DNA from: Phreatobacter sp.
GTDB taxonomy: Bacteria; Pseudomonadota; Alphaproteobacteria; Rhizobiales; Phreatobacteraceae
Direction of reading: 5' to 3'
DNA: 64,000 bases
NCBI GenBank assembly: GCA_019749835.1
Contig: JAIEPJ010000073.1
Location: forward strand, 23,660 to 87,659
Shown here in pieces: positions 39,642 through 48,438 of the stretch (positions are counted from its first letter, which is position 1; each line of letters starts with the position of its first letter). Made by a program: the position numbers and the translations under genes. A model generated the notes under the pieces. It was not told the origin of the DNA, did not search any database, and saw only the letters and a program-made list of their open reading frames with translations.

Positions 39642-40640
39642 TCAGGCGGCTTCGGCCTCGACCAGCGACTTCGCCTGGTCGATCCAGCCCTGGACCCGGC
39701 CCGGGAGGCCGACGCTGTCGCCGATCTCGGCGGCATCGACCGGAGTAAAGCCGGCGACCTGCCAGAAATGGAAGATGCCGAGATCGTTGAGCTGCTTCTC
39801 GATCTCCGGCGACACGCCGGTGAGCTTGATGAGCTCGTCGGCCGGACCGCGCGGACCGGCAAGACGCTCGACACCGGCGGGGGCTGCGGCCTCCGGCAGA
39901 TCCTCGACCATCGGCTTCTCGGAGGCACCGAGATCGATGCCCGAGGAGCCCTGGGCGCGGCCGATGCCGTCGATGGCGGCGCGTGCGATCAGGTCGCAAT
40001 AGAGCGAGATGGCGCGACCGGCGTCGTCATTGCCCGGGATCGGATAGGTGATGCCGTCCGGATCGCAATTGGTGTCGACGATGGCGACGACCGGAATGCC
40101 GAGGCGCTTGGCCTCGAGAATGGCGATCGCTTCCTTGTTGGTGTCGATCACGAACATCAGGTCGGGCACGCCGCCCATGTCCTTGATGCCGCCGAGGGCG
40201 CGCTCGAGCTTGTCCTTCTCGCGGGCGAGGGTCAGCGCTTCCTTCTTGGTGTAGCCGGCGCCGCCGGAGGCGAGCGCCTCGTCGAGCTTGCGCAGGCGGG
40301 AGATCGAACCCGAAACGGTCTTCCAGTTGGTGAGCGTGCCGCCCAGCCAGCGGGAGTTCACATAATACTGGGCGCACTGCTTGGCACCGGCGGCGATGCC
40401 GTCCTGCGCCTGGCGCTTGGTGCCAACGAAGAGCACGCGGCCGCCCTTGGCCACGGTGTCGGAGACGGCGACGAGCGCGCGATGCAGCATCGGCACGGTC
40501 TGGGCGAGGTCGAGGATGTGGATGTTGTTGCGGACGCCGAAGATGTACTGATTCATCTTCGGGTTCCAGCGATGGGCCTGATGGCCAAAGTGGCAGCCAG
40601 CTTCCAAAAGCTGACGCATGCTGAAATCGGGCAGCGCCAT
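39642..40640 (-). CDS. rpsB: 30S ribosomal protein S2 with C-terminal HhH-like extension
   Basis: [39 protein letters not shown]; about 95 extra C-terminal residues. Confidence 0.98.
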   Translation of the reverse strand: MALPDFSMRQLLEAGCHFGHQAHRWNPKMNQYIFGVRNNIHILDLAQTVPMLHRALVAVSDTVAKGGRVLFVGTKRQAQDGIAAGAKQCAQYYVNSRWLGGTLTNWKTVSGSISRLRKLDEALASGGAGYTKKEALTLAREKDKLERALGGIKDMGGVPDLMFVIDTNKEAIAILEAKRLGIPVVAIVDTNCDPDGITYPIPGNDDAGRAISLYCDLIARAAIDGIGRAQGSSGIDLGASEKPMVEDLPEAAAPAGVERLAGPRGPADELIKLTGVSPEIEKQLNDLGIFHFWQVAGFTPVDAAEIGDSVGLPGRVQGWIDQAKSLVEAEAA

Positions 40641-40785
40641 GGTCTTCTCCGGTTGTGCCTCCGCGGACTATGGCCGATCCCGAATGGGATCCGTCACCAC
40701 CGGAGCGGCAAAGGACATTCGTCCTCAGCCGCGGGTCCGCGTGTGGAATGGGCCGGGCACTACACGATCCGGCCGAGGAGTGCAA
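40641..40785 (-). promoter_or_regulatory. rpsB promoter and 5' leader (candidate S2 autoregulatory leader)
   Basis: - strand TTGCAC (40780-40785)-N17-TAGTGC (40757-40762); leader has CCACACGC near its 5' end and GCGGAGGCACAACC before the RBS, resembling proteobacterial rpsB leaders. Confidence 0.55.
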
Positions 40786-40790
40786 GGCGA

Positions 40791-41441
40791 TCAGCGCGCC
40801 AGCGCCGCCACCATCTCCGGGAGGTCCTGCGGCCGCGGGCAGATCGCGGTCGCGCCGGCCGCCTTGAGCTCCGCGACGCCGCCATAGCCCCAGGCGACGC
40901 CGACGGAGGCGATGCCGTGGCGCTGCGCTGCGTGGATGTCGTGCATCCGGTCGCCGATCATGACGGTGCGGGCGGGGTCGATTCCCTGTTCGGCAATGAT
41001 CTTGGCAATGATGTCGGCCTTGTCGTCGAGGCTGCCGTCGAGCGCGGCCCCATAGACCCGGACGAAATGCGGCGCATAGCCGAAGCGCTCGACAATGGGC
41101 ACGGCATAGGGCTCGGGCTTGGCCGTGCAGACGAACATGCGCTCTGCCGCAGCACCGATGGCCGCGACCGCATCCATCATGCCCGGGTAGAGCGTCAGGT
41201 CATACATGCCGCCGGCCCGGTAATGGACGCGGTAGCGCTCGACCGCCGCCTCGGGATCGGTCCCAGGCCCCATCACCTTCGGAAAGGACAGGCGGAGCGC
41301 CGGCCCGATGATCCAGCCGAGATCGGCGAAGGGCGGCGGCACATGGCCGAGATCGACCAGGGCCTGGCGGAAGGAGCCGATAATGCCGGGGGCGGGGTCG
41401 GTGAGGGTTCCGTCGAGGTCGAAGAGCACGGTCTGGGGCAT
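40791..41441 (-). CDS. HAD-superfamily phosphatase (phosphoglycolate phosphatase/5'-nucleotidase-like)
   Basis: VLFDLDGTLTD, IGPAL, CTAKP, MIGDRMHD, GVAWGYG; real start is ATG 41441 inside a spurious long ORF. Confidence 0.9.
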   Translation of the reverse strand: MPQTVLFDLDGTLTDPAPGIIGSFRQALVDLGHVPPPFADLGWIIGPALRLSFPKVMGPGTDPEAAVERYRVHYRAGGMYDLTLYPGMMDAVAAIGAAAERMFVCTAKPEPYAVPIVERFGYAPHFVRVYGAALDGSLDDKADIIAKIIAEQGIDPARTVMIGDRMHDIHAAQRHGIASVGVAWGYGGVAELKAAGATAICPRPQDLPEMVAALAR

Positions 41442-41570
41442 CGGGCCTGAATAGGGCTCTCGCCCTCTCCCGTCCATCACCGGCGGCGCAAGGCGCTCCT
41501 CCCGCCAAAGGCACGTGACAGCCTGGGGGGCTTGCAGGCAAAAGGCGCCATCCCCGCTCGGAGCCATGAC

Positions 41571-42107
41571 ATGGGCCAGGTCATTTCCGTCAGCCTCGAC
41601 CGTCGGCATCGCTTCTCCAAGGCGCCAGTCGACGAGATCACCCTGATCGCCGGCGAAGGCGTGGCGGGCGATGCCCATTGCGGCGTCACGGTGAAGCATC
41701 GCTCGCGGGCGCGCTTCAACCCGACGCTGCCCAACCTGCGTCAGGTTCATCTGATCCACGCGGAACTCTTCAAGGAGCTTGCCGGCAAGGGCTTCACCGT
41801 CGGTCCCGCCGAGCTCGGTGAGAACATCACCACATCGGGCATCGACCTGCTCGCCCTGCCGACCGGCGCGCGTTTGACCATTGCCGGTGCCGTCATCGAA
41901 ATCACCGGCCTGCGCAATCCCTGCATCCAGATCGACCGCTTTCAGGACGGGTTGATGCAGGCGACGCTCGACCGTGATGCGGACGGCAACCTTGTCCGCA
42001 AGGCCGGCATCATGGGGATCGTCGTCACTGGCGGCAGGGTCCGGCCGGGCGATGCCGTGGCGATCACCCTCCCCGACGGGCCGCACCGCCCGCTGCAGAA
42101 AGTCTGA
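41571..42107 (+). CDS. MOSC domain protein (YiiM-like)
   Basis: GVAGDAH, NLRQVHLI, LGENITT, TGLRNPC, GG.VRPGD. Confidence 0.88.
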   Translation: MGQVISVSLDRRHRFSKAPVDEITLIAGEGVAGDAHCGVTVKHRSRARFNPTLPNLRQVHLIHAELFKELAGKGFTVGPAELGENITTSGIDLLALPTGARLTIAGAVIEITGLRNPCIQIDRFQDGLMQATLDRDADGNLVRKAGIMGIVVTGGRVRPGDAVAITLPDGPHRPLQKV

Positions 42108-42185
42108 GCCCGCCTCCCCGCCCCCTCCCCCCGACTGTCCTTCTGGTCTAGAACCGCTGCGATCAGGTTTCGCAGGGGGATCGCC

Positions 42186-42977
42186 ATGGGCGCGCTGGAC
42201 GGCAAGGTTGCCATCATCACGGGAGCCGCACGCGGCATCGGCAAGGCCATCGCCGAGCGTTTTATCGCCGAAGGCGCGCGCGTCGTCCTCTCCGACATCG
42301 CCGAAGAAGCAGGGCGCGCCACGACGGCAGAACTCGCCAGGAAGGGCAAGGCGGTGTTCGTGGCGGCCGATGTCGGAGATGCCGTCTCCGTCGCCGGTCT
42401 CGTCGAGGGCGCGCGCAAGGCCTTTGGCGGCGACATCGACATTCTCGTCAACAATGCCGGCATCGTCCACAGCGCGGAGTTCCTCGACCTCGCCGAGGCC
42501 GATTTCGACAAGGTCCTGCGGGTGAACCTGAAGGGCTCGTTCCTCGTCGGACAGGCCGTCGCCCGCCAGATGGTCGAGCAGGTGAAGGCCGGCAAGACCC
42601 CGGGTGCCATCGTCAACATGAGCTCGGTCAATGCCCGGCTCGCCATCATCAACCAGATCCCCTACTGCGTCTCCAAGGGCGGCGTCGGCCAGTTGACCAA
42701 CGTCATGGCGCTCGGGCTCTCCGAGCACGGCATCCGCGTCAACGCCATCGGTCCTGGCTCGATCGCCACCGAGATGCTGACCAGCGTCAACACCGACAAA
42801 GCCGCCCGTCACCGCCTCTTCTCGCGCACGCCGCTGCGCCGTCTCGGCGAACCCGACGAGATCGCCAAGGTCGCTGTCTTCCTGGCCTCCGACGCGTCCA
42901 GCTACATCACCGGCCAGACGCTCTATGCCGATGGCGGGCGGCTTGGGCTCAACTACACGGTGCCGGTGCGGGATTGA
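42186..42977 (+). CDS. Short-chain dehydrogenase/reductase
   Basis: TGAARGIG, NNAG, NMSS, YCVSK (YxxxK). Confidence 0.92.
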   Translation: MGALDGKVAIITGAARGIGKAIAERFIAEGARVVLSDIAEEAGRATTAELARKGKAVFVAADVGDAVSVAGLVEGARKAFGGDIDILVNNAGIVHSAEFLDLAEADFDKVLRVNLKGSFLVGQAVARQMVEQVKAGKTPGAIVNMSSVNARLAIINQIPYCVSKGGVGQLTNVMALGLSEHGIRVNAIGPGSIATEMLTSVNTDKAARHRLFSRTPLRRLGEPDEIAKVAVFLASDASSYITGQTLYADGGRLGLNYTVPVRD

Positions 42978-43957
42978 GCGCCGATCTGCCGCCGGCCCTG
43001 CGCGCGGCGCTGGACAGGCTCGCCGGCCGTTTCGGCGGGCGCGACCTCGCCGCAGCCAGCCAGCGCCTGAGCGCGGATTACCGGGCAGGCCGCGGGTCGC
43101 GGCTGCCAGCCCCCGTCGATCTCGCCGCCTATGCCATTGCCCGCATGCCGGCGACCTATGCGGCCTGCGCCGCCGCCCTCGGGGAGGCCGCAGCGCGGGT
43201 CGATCTGGCGCCGCGCACGCTTCTCGATGTCGGATGCGGACCGGGCACCGCCACCTGGGCAGCAGCAGAGACCTTTCCAAACCTCGTCAAGGCGACGCTG
43301 CTTGACGCCCATGCGGGCATGACGGCGCTCGGCCGCGACCTCGCGGCCGAGGGGCCTGCCCTCTTGGTGGAAGCCGACTGGCAGGCCGGGCGGCTGGAGG
43401 CGGTCGCGCCGGCCTCGGCTGATCTCGTCGTCGCGAGCTATGCGCTCAATGAACTCAAGTCCGGCGCAGTGGCGGATGCGGCGCGGGCGCTCTATCGCGC
43501 CGCAAGCGGCATCCTCGTTCTCATCGAGCCCGGCACCCCCGCCGGCTTCGCTGTCATTGCCGCCGCCCGCAACGCGCTGATAGCCGGCGGCGCCCGTATC
43601 GCCGCCCCCTGCCCCGGCGGGGCCGCCTGCCCCGTCGTGGCGCCGGACTGGTGCCATTTCTCCGCCCGGTTGCCGCGGCTGCGCGCCCACAAGGCCGCGA
43701 AATCGGCCGACGTCCCCTTCGAGGACGAGCGTTATGCCTATCTGGTCGCCGCGCGGCCGCATCTTCAGATCGAGGCCGCGCCCGCGCGCATCCTGCGGCC
43801 TCCCCATGCCGACAAGACAGGAACGACGTTCACCCTCTGTACGGAAGGCGGCCTGTCTCGACGCGTCGTCGCCAGCCGCGACCGCGACGCCCATCGCTTG
43901 ACGCGGCGCCTCGGCTGGGGCGACGCTTTTCCATCAGAATCGCCGGAGCCGCCATGA
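42974..43957 (+). CDS. Rsm22/METTL17-family SAM-dependent methyltransferase-like protein
   Basis: AYAIARMPATY, LDVGCGPGT, SYALNE, IEPGTPAGF, APCPGGAACP....DWCHFSARL, FEDERYAY. Confidence 0.85.
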   Translation: MSADLPPALRAALDRLAGRFGGRDLAAASQRLSADYRAGRGSRLPAPVDLAAYAIARMPATYAACAAALGEAAARVDLAPRTLLDVGCGPGTATWAAAETFPNLVKATLLDAHAGMTALGRDLAAEGPALLVEADWQAGRLEAVAPASADLVVASYALNELKSGAVADAARALYRAASGILVLIEPGTPAGFAVIAAARNALIAGGARIAAPCPGGAACPVVAPDWCHFSARLPRLRAHKAAKSADVPFEDERYAYLVAARPHLQIEAAPARILRPPHADKTGTTFTLCTEGGLSRRVVASRDRDAHRLTRRLGWGDAFPSESPEPP

Positions 43958-44202
43958 CCCGCAAACCTGTCATCGCCCTCGTCGTCGCTGCCGCCTTCCT
44001 GCCGCTTCCTGCGCTCGGCCAGAGCGAGAACCTGTCCTTTTCCCAGCGCATGGGCATCTACCGGGCCTGCAAGGCTGACCTCGACAGCAAGTGTCCGAGC
44101 GCCGGCACCGATTCGGCGCGGGTTTCGGCCTGCCTGCGCAGCAACCAGGCGCAGCTCTCGCCCCCCTGCGTCACGGCGATCCGGCAGGCGGGCCTGCGCT
44201 GA
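43954..44202 (+). CDS. Small secreted cysteine-rich protein (82 aa)
   Basis: ATGA overlap with the Rsm22 gene; signal peptide followed by C-x7-C-x12-C-x11-C (ACKADLDSKCP...ACLRSNQAQLSPPC). Confidence 0.75.
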   Translation: MTRKPVIALVVAAAFLPLPALGQSENLSFSQRMGIYRACKADLDSKCPSAGTDSARVSACLRSNQAQLSPPCVTAIRQAGLR

Positions 44203-44280
44203 GGCTGGCACCGCTGCCCTGCATCGCCCGCGATTGACCGGCCACCGCCGCAGGCCCGATAGCGGTGGATCGGGAGTGCA

Positions 44281-45177
44281 ATGATGCTCGTCATGCCCTG
44301 GCTCTGGGCCGTTTTCACCGTCATCGCGGCCGCCGCCCAGACCGCGCGCAACGCCCTGCAGCGCAGCCTCACTGAGCGTCTGGGCACGATCGGCGCCACC
44401 CATGTGCGTTTTCTCTACGGCTTTCCCTTCGCCTTGGTGTTTCTGGCTTGCGTCCATCTCGCCGTGCCCGCCCGCGCGCCGGGACTGTCCGTCGCCTTCC
44501 TGGTCTGGACCACGGTCGGTGCCATGGCGCAGATCGGTGCGACGGCGCTGATGCTCGCCGCCATGCGGGAGCGCTCCTTCGTCGTCACCACGGCCTATAC
44601 AAAAACCGAACCCGTCATCGTCGCGCTGTTCGGCGTGGTTCTGCTCGGCGACCACCTCACGGGCTGGGCCTGGAGCGCGATCCTCATCGCCACCTCCGGC
44701 ATCATCCTCATGTCCTGGAAGCCCGGAACCGAGCAGTCGCTGCGGCCAGCCGTCCTCGGCGTCGTTTCAGCAGCGCTTTTCGGTCTCGCATCGGTCGGCT
44801 TTCGCGGCGCCATCCGCACGCTTGACACGGAGAGCTTCGTCCTCGCTGCCACGACGACCCTCGCCTGGGGCCTGGCGATTCAGACGGCGGTCCTAACGGC
44901 TTATCTCGCCCTCGCCGACAGGGCCGGACTCATGGCGATCTTCCGCGCCTGGCGGCCCTCGCTCGCGGCGGGCTTCCTAGGCGCCTTTGCCTCGCAGTTC
45001 TGGTTTCTGGCCTTTGCGCTGGAAACGGTCGCCAAGGTCCGCACCCTCGCCCTGGTCGAGGTGCTCTTCGCCGGCATCGTCTCGGGAGCCATCATCAAGC
45101 AGGCGACCAGCCCGCGCGAGGGGCTGGCGATCGCGCTCATTGTCTTGGGCGTCGCCGTGCTGCTCAGCCTTGGCTGA
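44281..45177 (+). CDS. DMT/EamA family transporter
   Basis: About 10 TM segments, AQTARNALQ, RFLYGFPF, YTKTEP, VRTLALVE. Confidence 0.85.
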   Translation: MMLVMPWLWAVFTVIAAAAQTARNALQRSLTERLGTIGATHVRFLYGFPFALVFLACVHLAVPARAPGLSVAFLVWTTVGAMAQIGATALMLAAMRERSFVVTTAYTKTEPVIVALFGVVLLGDHLTGWAWSAILIATSGIILMSWKPGTEQSLRPAVLGVVSAALFGLASVGFRGAIRTLDTESFVLAATTTLAWGLAIQTAVLTAYLALADRAGLMAIFRAWRPSLAAGFLGAFASQFWFLAFALETVAKVRTLALVEVLFAGIVSGAIIKQATSPREGLAIALIVLGVAVLLSLG

Positions 45178-46255
45178 GCGGTGACAGGCGGGTCAGGTGG
45201 CCCATCTTCCGGCCCTCACGCTGGTCGCGCTTGCCATAGAGATGCAGCACCGTGCCCTCCTCGGCGGCATGGCGCCGCCAGTCCTTGACACTGGCACCGA
45301 TGAGATTCTGCATCACCGCGTCCGAGTGCCGCCGCGTCGAGCCGAGCGGCAGGCCGGCAACCGCCCGCATGTGGTTCTCGAACTGGGAGCAATGGCAGGC
45401 GGCCTCGGTCCAATGCCCTGAATTGTGGACGCGCGGCGCCATCTCGTTCAGCAACAGCTGTCCATCGCGCGTGACGAAGAGCTCCACCGCCAGCACCCCG
45501 ACATAGTCGAGCTTCTCCGCGAGCACCGTGCCCATCAGGGCCGCCCGCGCCGCCAGCGAAACGTCGATGGCGGCCGGCACCGTCGACGTACGGAGAATGC
45601 CGCTGCGGTGAACGTTCTCGACCGGATCGTAATGGCGGATTTCGCCGCCCGCACCGCGGACGACGAGGACGGAGATTTCGCGCTCGAAAGGCACGAAGGC
45701 CTCGAGGATGGCAGGCTGGTTGCCGATGGTCGCGAGCGCGCGGGCCGGGTTGTCGCCGGCGCGGATGACGACCTGCCCCTTGCCGTCATAGCCGAAGCGG
45801 CGGGTCTTCAGGACGGCGGGCCGGCCGATCGTCTCAAGCGCACGGACGAGATCCTCCACCGAATCGACAGCGACAAAGTCGGGAACGGCGAGCCCACAGT
45901 CGCGCGCGAAGGTCTTCTCGGTGATCCGGTCCTGCGACACCGTCAGCGCCATGGGGCCGGGTCGCACCGGCAGCCGGCTCGCCAGGAAATCAGCGGCCCG
46001 GGCCGGCACGTTCTCGAATTCATAGGTGACGATGTCGACATCCTCCGCGAAGCGCGCCAGCGCGCTCTCGTCGGAATAGTCGGCCTCGGTGATCCGCCGC
46101 ACCACGTCGAAGGCGGGGCTCTCCGGCTCGGGGGCAAAGACCTGGCAGCGCAAGCCCAGTCGCGCGCCCGCCAGCGCCAGCATGCGACCGAGCTGCCCGC
46201 CGCCGAGAATGCCGATGATCTGGTCGGGACCGACCGACCGGTCAGATGTCGTCAC
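45164..46255 (-). CDS. purK: N5-carboxyaminoimidazole ribonucleotide synthase
   Basis: [45 protein letters not shown]...GRKMGH; GTG 46255. Confidence 0.96.
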   Translation of the reverse strand: MTTSDRSVGPDQIIGILGGGQLGRMLALAGARLGLRCQVFAPEPESPAFDVVRRITEADYSDESALARFAEDVDIVTYEFENVPARAADFLASRLPVRPGPMALTVSQDRITEKTFARDCGLAVPDFVAVDSVEDLVRALETIGRPAVLKTRRFGYDGKGQVVIRAGDNPARALATIGNQPAILEAFVPFEREISVLVVRGAGGEIRHYDPVENVHRSGILRTSTVPAAIDVSLAARAALMGTVLAEKLDYVGVLAVELFVTRDGQLLLNEMAPRVHNSGHWTEAACHCSQFENHMRAVAGLPLGSTRRHSDAVMQNLIGASVKDWRRHAAEEGTVLHLYGKRDQREGRKMGHLTRLSPLSQG

Positions 46256-46751
46256 GGGGACGCTCCGCAATGGCCGCCGTCTGACGGGCGCGATAGGCAT
46301 CGAGCCGCTCGGCAAGGGCCGGATCGTTGAGGGCGAGGACCGCAGCCGCCAGCAGCGCCGCATTGATGGCGCCGGGCTTGCCGATAGCCAGCGTGCCGAC
46401 GGGAATGCCACCCGGCATCTGCACGATGGAATGGAGCGAATCGACACCGGACAGGGCCTTGCTCTCCACCGGCACGCCGAAGACCGGCAGCGGCGTCAGC
46501 GCCGCCGCCATGCCCGGCAGATGGGCCGCGCCGCCGGCCCCGGCAATGATGATCTTGAAGCCGTTGTCGCGCGCCGAACGGGCAAAATCGTAGAGCCTGT
46601 CGGGTGTGCGGTGGGCGGAGACGATGAGCGACTCGTGGCCGATGCCCAGACCGGCCAGAATCTCGGCCGCATGGCGCATGGTCGCCCAGTCCGACTGGGA
46701 GCCCATGATGATGGCGACGGGCTTATCCCCGCTCGCAGCCGTCTCCGGCAT
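46242..46751 (-). CDS. purE: N5-CAIR mutase
   Basis: [38 protein letters not shown]. Confidence 0.97.
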   Translation of the reverse strand: MPETAASGDKPVAIIMGSQSDWATMRHAAEILAGLGIGHESLIVSAHRTPDRLYDFARSARDNGFKIIIAGAGGAAHLPGMAAALTPLPVFGVPVESKALSGVDSLHSIVQMPGGIPVGTLAIGKPGAINAALLAAAVLALNDPALAERLDAYRARQTAAIAERPRDDI

Positions 46752-46886
46752 CGACGCCTCCCCCCGCTCGTCGAGGATCGACGGCATTCAGAAAGAAGCG
46801 GCGGAGAATATGCAGAGGTTGTCCCGGTAGCAAGACGCAGCGTGAGCCAATCTTCGCACCCGCGCATTAGCCGGGCGGCAGCCGCT

Positions 46887-47099
46887 TCAAGCGATGATAT
46901 CGGGGGTCAGAAGGTCGTCGAGGAAGGCGATCCGGTCGCGCAGGACAAGCTTGCGCTTCTTCAGCCGCTGGATCTGCAGGCGGTCGGCCACCGGCATCCG
47001 CACCAGCGCATCGATGGCGACGTCGAGATCCCGGTGTTCCTGCCGCAGCCTTTCAAGCTCAAGCAGCGCCTCGCGCTCGTCGATGTCATTCGATGCCAT
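46887..47099 (-). CDS. DUF465/YdcH family small coiled-coil protein
   Basis: LRQEHRDLD.AI.....DRLQIQRLKKRKL.LRDRI...PDIIA. Confidence 0.88.
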   Translation of the reverse strand: MASNDIDEREALLELERLRQEHRDLDVAIDALVRMPVADRLQIQRLKKRKLVLRDRIAFLDDLLTPDIIA

Positions 47100-47335
47100 T
47101 GCTTTACCAGAGGCTGTGCCGGATCCGAACGGCGATCCGCGCGGCCGCCATTATGCGGTCGCGGCAGCGCCTTGGGCAAGGCACCGCTTGCCCAAGCGTG
47201 AGGCCTGCGGCGGAGCGTCGCCGTAACATACCGTGACTTTACTTTGCCGCATACAGGTCCAAACTCGCTCTCAGTCCGATGCGTTTCGGACCTTGTCCGA
47301 GGCCATCTGGACCCTTTGTTCAAAGGAGGACTTTG

Positions 47336-47518
47336 ATGAGCTTGCAGTCGCACCTCGCGGAACTCGAAAAGCGTCATGAGGCACTCGATCGGCAGTTGAG
47401 CCAGATCGTCGCCCGCCCATCCTCGCAGGATGAAGAGATTGCGGAGCTGAAGCGGCGCAAGCTGCAGCTGAAGGACCAGATCGAGCGCCTGAGGGCGAAC
47501 AGTCCCAGCCTCCACTAG
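47336..47518 (+). CDS. DUF465/YdcH family small coiled-coil protein
   Basis: MSLQSHLAELEKRHEALD...IAELKRRKLQLKDQIERL; AAAGGAGG RBS. Confidence 0.88.
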   Translation: MSLQSHLAELEKRHEALDRQLSQIVARPSSQDEEIAELKRRKLQLKDQIERLRANSPSLH

Positions 47519-47564
47519 AGCCGGAGCGCCCACCGTTCGGACATCATCGATTTCAGAATTCAGG

Positions 47565-47594
47565 ACTGCCGGCGCCCTCGTGGGCGCCGGCAGT
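47565..47594. terminator. Hairpin between the convergent DUF465 and cytochrome b561 genes
   Basis: 13-bp perfect stem ACTGCCGGCGCCC-tcgt-GGGCGCCGGCAGT; weak U-tract. Confidence 0.6.
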
Positions 47595-47615
47595 TCTCGT
47601 TTCGGCAGGCAAGTG

Positions 47616-48167
47616 TTACGGCCACATGCGCCGGAAGACGCCGTCCTTGATGATGACGAGATGCATCAGCGCCGCCCCGATGTGGGCGAAGACCAGGAGG
47701 CTCATCACCACCGCGCCGCCGAAATGGAACCGGTAGATCACCGAACAGGTCGCCGGCTGGCCGGACAAGGGCAGCGTCACCGGGATGGTCCAGAAGAGGT
47801 TGACCGGCCCGTAGCACATGGATGTGGCGACCCAGCCGGTAAGTGGCACGAGAAAGATGAGCACATAGAGCAGATGGTGTGTGGCCGCCGAGGCAATGCG
47901 CTGGAACTTCGTCAGCGTCGGCACCGGCGACGGGGTTCCCTGCGTGACCTTCAGCGCCACGCGCGCCACCGCGAGCAGCAGGACGATCAGCCCGAACGAC
48001 TTGTGCCATTCATAGAGAGCGTTCTTCACTGCCGGATTGGCGCCAGGATTGGGCGGAAAGGGAATGCTGGTCATGTAGATGCCGACGGGTACAAGCCCGA
48101 TGATCAGCGCCGCTGTTGCCCAGTGGATGATCCGATGCGGCGTCGAATAGATTTCCGCCTGCGACAT
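47616..48167 (-). CDS. Cytochrome b561 (CybB/YceJ-like di-heme membrane cytochrome)
   Basis: Y...HRIIHW, WHKSFG, HHLLY, PLTGW, HIGAALMH...KDGVFRRM. Confidence 0.9.
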   Translation of the reverse strand: MSQAEIYSTPHRIIHWATAALIIGLVPVGIYMTSIPFPPNPGANPAVKNALYEWHKSFGLIVLLLAVARVALKVTQGTPSPVPTLTKFQRIASAATHHLLYVLIFLVPLTGWVATSMCYGPVNLFWTIPVTLPLSGQPATCSVIYRFHFGGAVVMSLLVFAHIGAALMHLVIIKDGVFRRMWP

Positions 48168-48264
48168 GGCTGCCATCCCTCCATTGCGTCCCGGCGTCGA
48201 TCATGGGCGGGGCCCCCCGGGGAATGCAAGAGGCGCGTCCAACGGCCCTGCAAGCGTAGCAGGA

Positions 48265-48297
48265 GGCCTCCGTCATAGCGCCGCGATGACGGAGGCC
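48265..48297. repeat. 12-bp perfect inverted repeat in the divergent cybB/ribA intergenic region
   Basis: GGCCTCCGTCAT-agcgccgcg-ATGACGGAGGCC. Confidence 0.7.
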
Positions 48298-48438
48298 GCG
48301 ATTGATGCCACTGTGGCTGGTAACTCTTTTTTCGCCGCGCCTGATCCAAAACCGGTGCCGGAGCCATACATGCAGTACAAGTCGCCGGTTGGACGTCCAG
48401 TCCGGCTCCTGCCAGAGGCATGAAAGGCCTTTCTGACG

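Noticed and set aside
38274-41450. 1058-aa + strand ORF, and similar long ORFs such as 29300-32194, 1416-3704, 60240-62117 and 14843-16702
   Set aside because: Antisense shadows of well-supported genes, expected in high-GC DNA with few stop codons; no recognisable motifs
41442-43280. Apparent 829-aa HAD fusion protein
   Set aside because: The N-terminal roughly 610 aa are antisense to the MOSC, SDR and Rsm22 genes; the HAD domain starts at ATG 41441
48177-48438. Possible FMN riboswitch upstream of ribA
   Set aside because: Conserved RFN core sequences are not present
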